Assembly (NCBI GenBank): GCA_964530325.1
Contig: CAZHAX010000015.1
Coordinates: 516 to 64,515, forward strand
DNA length: 64,000 bases
Reading direction: 5' to 3'
DNA from: an uncultured Anaerolineales bacterium
GTDB taxonomy: Bacteria > Chloroflexota > Anaerolineae > B4-G1
Part shown: positions 59,225-64,000 of the stretch, in pieces
How positions within the stretch are numbered: position 1 is the stretch's first letter
Layout of the letters: the number at the start of each line of letters is the position of its first letter
Translations under genes and position numbers: made by a program
Notes under the pieces: model-generated
The model's database searches: none
The model's input: only the letters and a program-made list of their open reading frames with translations
Told to the model about the DNA's origin: nothing

Positions 59225-60547
59225 ATGAGTCATTCACGGCCGCGTGTTGCTGTGCTGCTGACCCTGGCCGCGCTTGCGGGCTGCTCCTGTGGAGGGGCTG
59301 ACGCCGACTCGACGCCCACTCCTATGCCTACGCCCGTAGTACCCATCAATCCCACCTACGAGGTCCAGCGAGGCGAGGTCGTGCACAGCCTCAGTAGCAG
59401 CGGCAGAATCACTCCAGTTAGATACCAGGGGCTCACGTTCGGGACCTCGGGTGACGTCGAGGCGGTCTACGTGGAGGCGGGCGACTGGGTGGAGGCCGGC
59501 CAACTGCTGGCGGAACTTGAGACTGATGATCTGCAGAACCAGATCCAGCAGAACGAGATCAGCCTGCAGGCGATAGAGCTGGCCAACGAGCGTCAGATTG
59601 CGGAAGCGGAGCTGAGCCTGTGGAGGGCGGAGCTCAATCTGGCGCAGGCCATGGCCAGTGATGCGAGTCTTCAGGTCGAGATCGCCGAGGTCAACCTGGA
59701 GAGGGCAGACGCCAGGCTCTTCGAGGCCCAGGCGGCCTACCAGGGAGCTGTCGACGCGCCCTGGATCCCTGACGATGTGCGCGGTGGTCTGGCCAGGGCT
59801 CTGCGGGATGCCGAGCTGGACCAGAAGATACGCCAGGCCGAATACGAGCAGGCACTCCAGGCCCAGGAGGTTCAGGAGTTGGAGCAGCGCATCCACCAGC
59901 GGGAGGTCGAGCTGGCTCGCATGCGCCTGGAAGAGATAGAGATTGGGACCGAGGCGCAGCGGGCGCAGCTTGACCTCGAGCGTCTTCAGGACCAGCTTGC
60001 GGACATGCGGCTGGTGGCACCGTTTGACGGTCACGTTCTGTTCGTAAACGTGCGCGTCGATCAGAACGTCAACTCGCGCAACGAAGTGATGGGGGTCGGT
60101 GAGCTTGGGGCGCTGGAGGTCAGCGTCGATCTCGGCGCCGAGGAACTGCAGGAGCTGGAGGAGGCGATGCCAGTGACGGTGGTCGCCTCTGGCCGGCCGG
60201 GCGAGGAGATGAGCGGCACGCTCAGACGGCTGCCCTACCCCTACGGAAGCGGCCCCGCCGGCTCCCAGGATGTGGATTCGTCTACCAGGATTTCGCTGGA
60301 TGTGGACCCGGCTGAGGTCGGGCTGGAGCTGCATGACCTCGTCCAGATCACTGTGGTGCTGGAGCGCAAAGCCGGCGTGTTGTGGCTGCCCCCCCAGGCG
60401 CTGCGCAGGTTCGAGGGACGTGACTTCGTGGTCGTGCAAGAGGCGGATGGGCAGCGCCGGGTCGACGTGAAGCTCGGCGTCGAGGGGGGAGACAGAGTGG
60501 AGATCGTCACCGGCCTGACGGAAGGCCAGATCGTCGTCGGCCCCTAG
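59225..60547 (+). CDS. HlyD/MacA-type periplasmic adaptor (membrane fusion protein), lipoprotein
   Basis: Lipobox LAALAGCS. Coiled-coil hairpin, biotinyl/lipoyl-like and beta-barrel segments typical of MFPs. GAGGAGGAG RBS upstream. Confidence 0.85.
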   Translation: MSHSRPRVAVLLTLAALAGCSCGGADADSTPTPMPTPVVPINPTYEVQRGEVVHSLSSSGRITPVRYQGLTFGTSGDVEAVYVEAGDWVEAGQLLAELETDDLQNQIQQNEISLQAIELANERQIAEAELSLWRAELNLAQAMASDASLQVEIAEVNLERADARLFEAQAAYQGAVDAPWIPDDVRGGLARALRDAELDQKIRQAEYEQALQAQEVQELEQRIHQREVELARMRLEEIEIGTEAQRAQLDLERLQDQLADMRLVAPFDGHVLFVNVRVDQNVNSRNEVMGVGELGALEVSVDLGAEELQELEEAMPVTVVASGRPGEEMSGTLRRLPYPYGSGPAGSQDVDSSTRISLDVDPAEVGLELHDLVQITVVLERKAGVLWLPPQALRRFEGRDFVVVQEADGQRRVDVKLGVEGGDRVEIVTGLTEGQIVVGP

Positions 60548-60562
60548 GTTCGCCTGATTGGC

Positions 60563-63442
60563 ATGAACGCTCTCCTCCGGGCAAGGGCGGTATTCGTTCT
60601 GGCCGTACGACGCCTCCTTCATCAGCGCTGGCTGGCGCTGGCGATCGCGCTGGGGCTGACCGCCGCCGTCGCCCTCACCGTGAGCATCCCGGCCTACAGC
60701 GACAGCGTCTACAACCGGGCCCTGCTGGGCAAGCTCTACCCTGGCCAACAGGGGTCCGGGCAGCGCTCCTCGCTGGTGTACACCTTCCACTACGTCGGTG
60801 CCTGGACCGGGGCAGGGCCGGTCGAATGGGAAGACTTCGCCGAGGTCGACCAGTATTTCTCGGAGACAGGGAGTCGCGCCCTTGGCCTGCCCCAGATGCT
60901 CGTCGTCCGGTTCTTCAAGACTGAGCAGTTCCGCATCTTTCCCGGCCAGGATCACTCCTATGCGGAATCGGATGCCACCCTGATGTGGGCCAGCCTGGGC
61001 TTCGCCAGCGATCTCGGCGAGCACGTAACCGTGCTGGAGGGCGAGCTCCCAGCGGCCGCCGGCCCTTCGGCGGACAGCCCGATCGAGGTGCTGATCAGCG
61101 AAGCGCTGGCCTGGGAGACCGGCCTTCAGGTCGGCGAGGAGTACATCGCGCTCGTGGAGCGCGAGGAGGGAGGCGCGCAGCGGCAGGCCGAGCTGCCGCT
61201 GCAGATCGCAGGCGTCTGGAGGGCGGTCGATCCCGAGGAGGAGTACTGGTTCTACAGCCAGGAGGCACTGGAGGATGTCTTCCTGATCGCCGAGGAGAGC
61301 CTGGCAGACCGGGTCGCGCCTGTTCTGGGCGAGCACGAGTACCTGGGGCTGTGGCACCTGGTGATGGACGGCTCGGCGGTCAACTCCGACAACGTTGCTG
61401 GCCTGCTGGCCGGCACCTGGCGCATGGAGCAGGAGGTAACGGCGCTCCTGCCGGACACGAGATTGGCCGCGTCGCCCGAGGACGAACTGCTGGCCTATCA
61501 GAAGGCGGTGCAGTCGCTTACGATCCTTCTGCATGCCTTCAACACTCCGATCATAGGCCTGATCCTCGTCTTCGTGGGCCTGGTCGTCGGATTGGCCGTA
61601 GCCCGGCGGCGCAATGAGATCGCCATACTGCGCAGCCGGGGCGCGACGACGGCGCAGGTGGTGGGTATAGCTGCGCTCGAGGGCCTGGTCCTGGCGGGCG
61701 TTGCCCTGGCCGCTGGACTTCTGGCCGGCCTGGGGGTGGCGCGGGTTATCGGCAGGACCAGGAGCTTCCTCGATTTCACGCTGCAGACCGACCTGAGTGT
61801 CGGCATCTCGGCCGGGGCAGTTCGCATCGCTCTGGCCGGGGTGGGGCTGGCGCTGCTGGCCCTGGTTCTGCCTACGGCGTTCGCCGCCCGGCGTACGATC
61901 ATCGGCTACAGGCAGGAACGGGCCCGGGCGCTGGAGCGACCCTGGTGGCAGCGCGCCTGGATCGACGTTCTGTTGCTCATCCCCGCCGCGTACGGCGCCT
62001 ACCTGCTGCGGGAGCAGGGAAGCATCGCCCTGCCCGGTGCGGAGGGAACGGCCGTCGGCGATCCGTTTAGAAACCCGCTGCTGGTGCTCGTGCCTGCGCT
62101 GGGCGGTCTGGCGCTTTCACTGCTGACGCTGCGCATACTGCCGGGCATCATCGCGGTTCTGGCTCGTCTCTGGTCCCACACCCGGGGCGTCGGTGGGTTG
62201 CTGGCAGTGCGGTACCTGGCCCGAACCCCCGGTTTCTACAGCGCGCCTCTGGTGCTCCTGGTGTTGACCCTCAGCCTGTCCATCTTCACGGCCACGGTGG
62301 CGGACACGCTGGACCGGCACCTGCACGACAGCGAGTACTACCGCCGCGGCGCGGACATGGTTCTGAGCGAGCAGGGCGAATGCCTCGTCTGGATACCTGG
62401 ACAGCCTCCCACCTGTGACACTTCAGGGGATCGGGCCCACTGGGCCTTCCTGCCTGCGATCGACCATCTCCGCGCCCCCGGCGTGCTTGCGGTTACTCGG
62501 GTTGGCCGCTACGGGGCCTCAGCCAGGATAGCCGGGGGCCTGCAGACCGGCTCGTTCCTGGGCCTGGACTGGCAGAGCTTCTACCAGGTAGCCTTCTGGC
62601 GCGAGGATTTCGCGGCGGAACACCTGATCGCGCTGACGAACGCGCTGGGGGCCTCTTACAACGGCGTGCTCGTGCCGCGCAGCCTCATGTCGCAGCACAA
62701 CCTCTCGGTTGGCGACACGTTCGCCATCCGGGTACAGACGTACAAGGAGATCGAGATCGAGCTCGAGATCGTGGGGTCTTTCGACCTCTTTCCCACCTGG
62801 TACCCGGAAGATGGGGTGCTCTTCGTGGGCAATCTGGACTATCTGTTCAGCGAGTTGGAGGAGACGTACCACTACGACGTCTGGCTGAAGACCGAGCCGG
62901 ACGCCAACTACGAGGAGATCGTCGCGGCAGCGCGGGATATGCGCCTGCAGGTGGTGGGGTGGGACGCACCCCTCGTCGAGATCACCGAGGAGCAGCAGCG
63001 GCCGGAACGGCAGGGGCTGTTCGGGGTGCTCTCTGTGGGCTTTCTTTCCGCGGCTGTCCTGACCGTGTTGGGATTCCTGCTCTACGCCTTCTTCTCCTTC
63101 CGCCGCCGCTTCATCGAGCTGGGTGTCCTGCGTGCGGTCGGGCTCTCGACTGCACAGATGACGTCCTTCCTGGGCTGGGAGCTGGTCTTCCTCATCGGAA
63201 CCGGGGCGGCCGTGGGGACGGGTCTGGGCGTCTTGTTCAGTAGGCTGTTCATACCGGCGCTGCAGATCGGGGCGCGCCCTGAGGCCCTGATACCGCCGTT
63301 CCTGATCGACATCGCCTGGTCAGCCGTTCTGGAGATCTACGTGCTCTTCGCGCTGCTCTTTGTGCTCGCTCTCGCCGGCCTGGTTGTGCTTCTGATGCGC
63401 ATCAAGATCTTCGAAGCGGTCAAGCTCGGCGAGACGGTCTAG
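60563..63442 (+). CDS. ABC transporter permease with two FtsX/MacB-like 4-TM domains (DUF214 x2) and large periplasmic loops
   Basis: Two FtsX-type modules (…ILRSRGATTAQV… and …LRAVGLSTAQM…). 959 aa. Confidence 0.85.
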   Translation: MNALLRARAVFVLAVRRLLHQRWLALAIALGLTAAVALTVSIPAYSDSVYNRALLGKLYPGQQGSGQRSSLVYTFHYVGAWTGAGPVEWEDFAEVDQYFSETGSRALGLPQMLVVRFFKTEQFRIFPGQDHSYAESDATLMWASLGFASDLGEHVTVLEGELPAAAGPSADSPIEVLISEALAWETGLQVGEEYIALVEREEGGAQRQAELPLQIAGVWRAVDPEEEYWFYSQEALEDVFLIAEESLADRVAPVLGEHEYLGLWHLVMDGSAVNSDNVAGLLAGTWRMEQEVTALLPDTRLAASPEDELLAYQKAVQSLTILLHAFNTPIIGLILVFVGLVVGLAVARRRNEIAILRSRGATTAQVVGIAALEGLVLAGVALAAGLLAGLGVARVIGRTRSFLDFTLQTDLSVGISAGAVRIALAGVGLALLALVLPTAFAARRTIIGYRQERARALERPWWQRAWIDVLLLIPAAYGAYLLREQGSIALPGAEGTAVGDPFRNPLLVLVPALGGLALSLLTLRILPGIIAVLARLWSHTRGVGGLLAVRYLARTPGFYSAPLVLLVLTLSLSIFTATVADTLDRHLHDSEYYRRGADMVLSEQGECLVWIPGQPPTCDTSGDRAHWAFLPAIDHLRAPGVLAVTRVGRYGASARIAGGLQTGSFLGLDWQSFYQVAFWREDFAAEHLIALTNALGASYNGVLVPRSLMSQHNLSVGDTFAIRVQTYKEIEIELEIVGSFDLFPTWYPEDGVLFVGNLDYLFSELEETYHYDVWLKTEPDANYEEIVAAARDMRLQVVGWDAPLVEITEEQQRPERQGLFGVLSVGFLSAAVLTVLGFLLYAFFSFRRRFIELGVLRAVGLSTAQMTSFLGWELVFLIGTGAAVGTGLGVLFSRLFIPALQIGARPEALIPPFLIDIAWSAVLEIYVLFALLFVLALAGLVVLLMRIKIFEAVKLGETV

Positions 63443-63458
63443 ACTGAGGAGAGCGGAG

Positions 63459-64000
<542 letters not shown>

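Overview
This is a high-GC (~68-70%) bacterial chromosomal window. The gene content (many GT-C membrane glycosyltransferases with large C-terminal soluble domains, DUF2723, YfhO, bactofilin, lipobox lipoproteins) suggests a Chloroflexi-like organism, but that is inference only. Coding density is high and I can support about 50 genes. Housekeeping genes: glmS (5' partial; not in the ORF track because it runs off the edge, but the MCGIVGY start is clear), purA, purB, phoU, ridA, gyrA, an aconitase plus isocitrate/isopropylmalate-dehydrogenase pair, ybdK, degV, and a penicillin-acylase family protein. Accessory content falls into four groups. First, a cell-envelope glycosylation island: a polyprenyl-phosphate sugar phosphotransferase, a GT4, four PMT/ArnT-like GT-C enzymes and one DUF2723 GT-C enzyme that share a homologous C-terminal domain, YfhO, an O-antigen-ligase-like protein, a bactofilin and a G5/beta-propeller lipoprotein. 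Second, a large MalT-type STAND ATPase-TPR regulator that ends in a SARP (OmpR-wHTH + BTAD) DNA-binding module. It is followed by three tightly packed small ORFs with strong ribosome-binding sites; one has an NHLP/Nif11-type leader ending in GG, and the unit ends in a clean terminator hairpin. Upstream, the regulator is divergent from a PDZ-radical-SAM (DUF512) gene across a perfect 16-bp palindrome. Third, an ECF sigma/anti-sigma pair coupled to an ABC-2 transporter, and a MacAB-like MFP-FtsX-ATPase efflux operon. Fourth, a USP/Lon-like (LonC-type) protease pair. Oddities: a Bcp/PrxQ-type peroxiredoxin lipoprotein has an in-frame TGA exactly at the peroxidatic-cysteine position, followed by a hairpin, so it is either a selenoprotein candidate or a pseudogene. 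A phoB-like response regulator next to phoU has decayed (frameshift, CGA->TGA, lost DNA-binding domain). Two tandem orphan solute-binding-protein paralogs share a 58-nt identical 3' block. There is also an ATP-cone/uridine-kinase-like fusion. I found no rRNA, tRNA, CRISPR or mobile elements. Coordinates taken from raw-sequence indexing (motifs, hairpins) may be off by 1-2 nt; CDS coordinates are anchored to the supplied ORF track.
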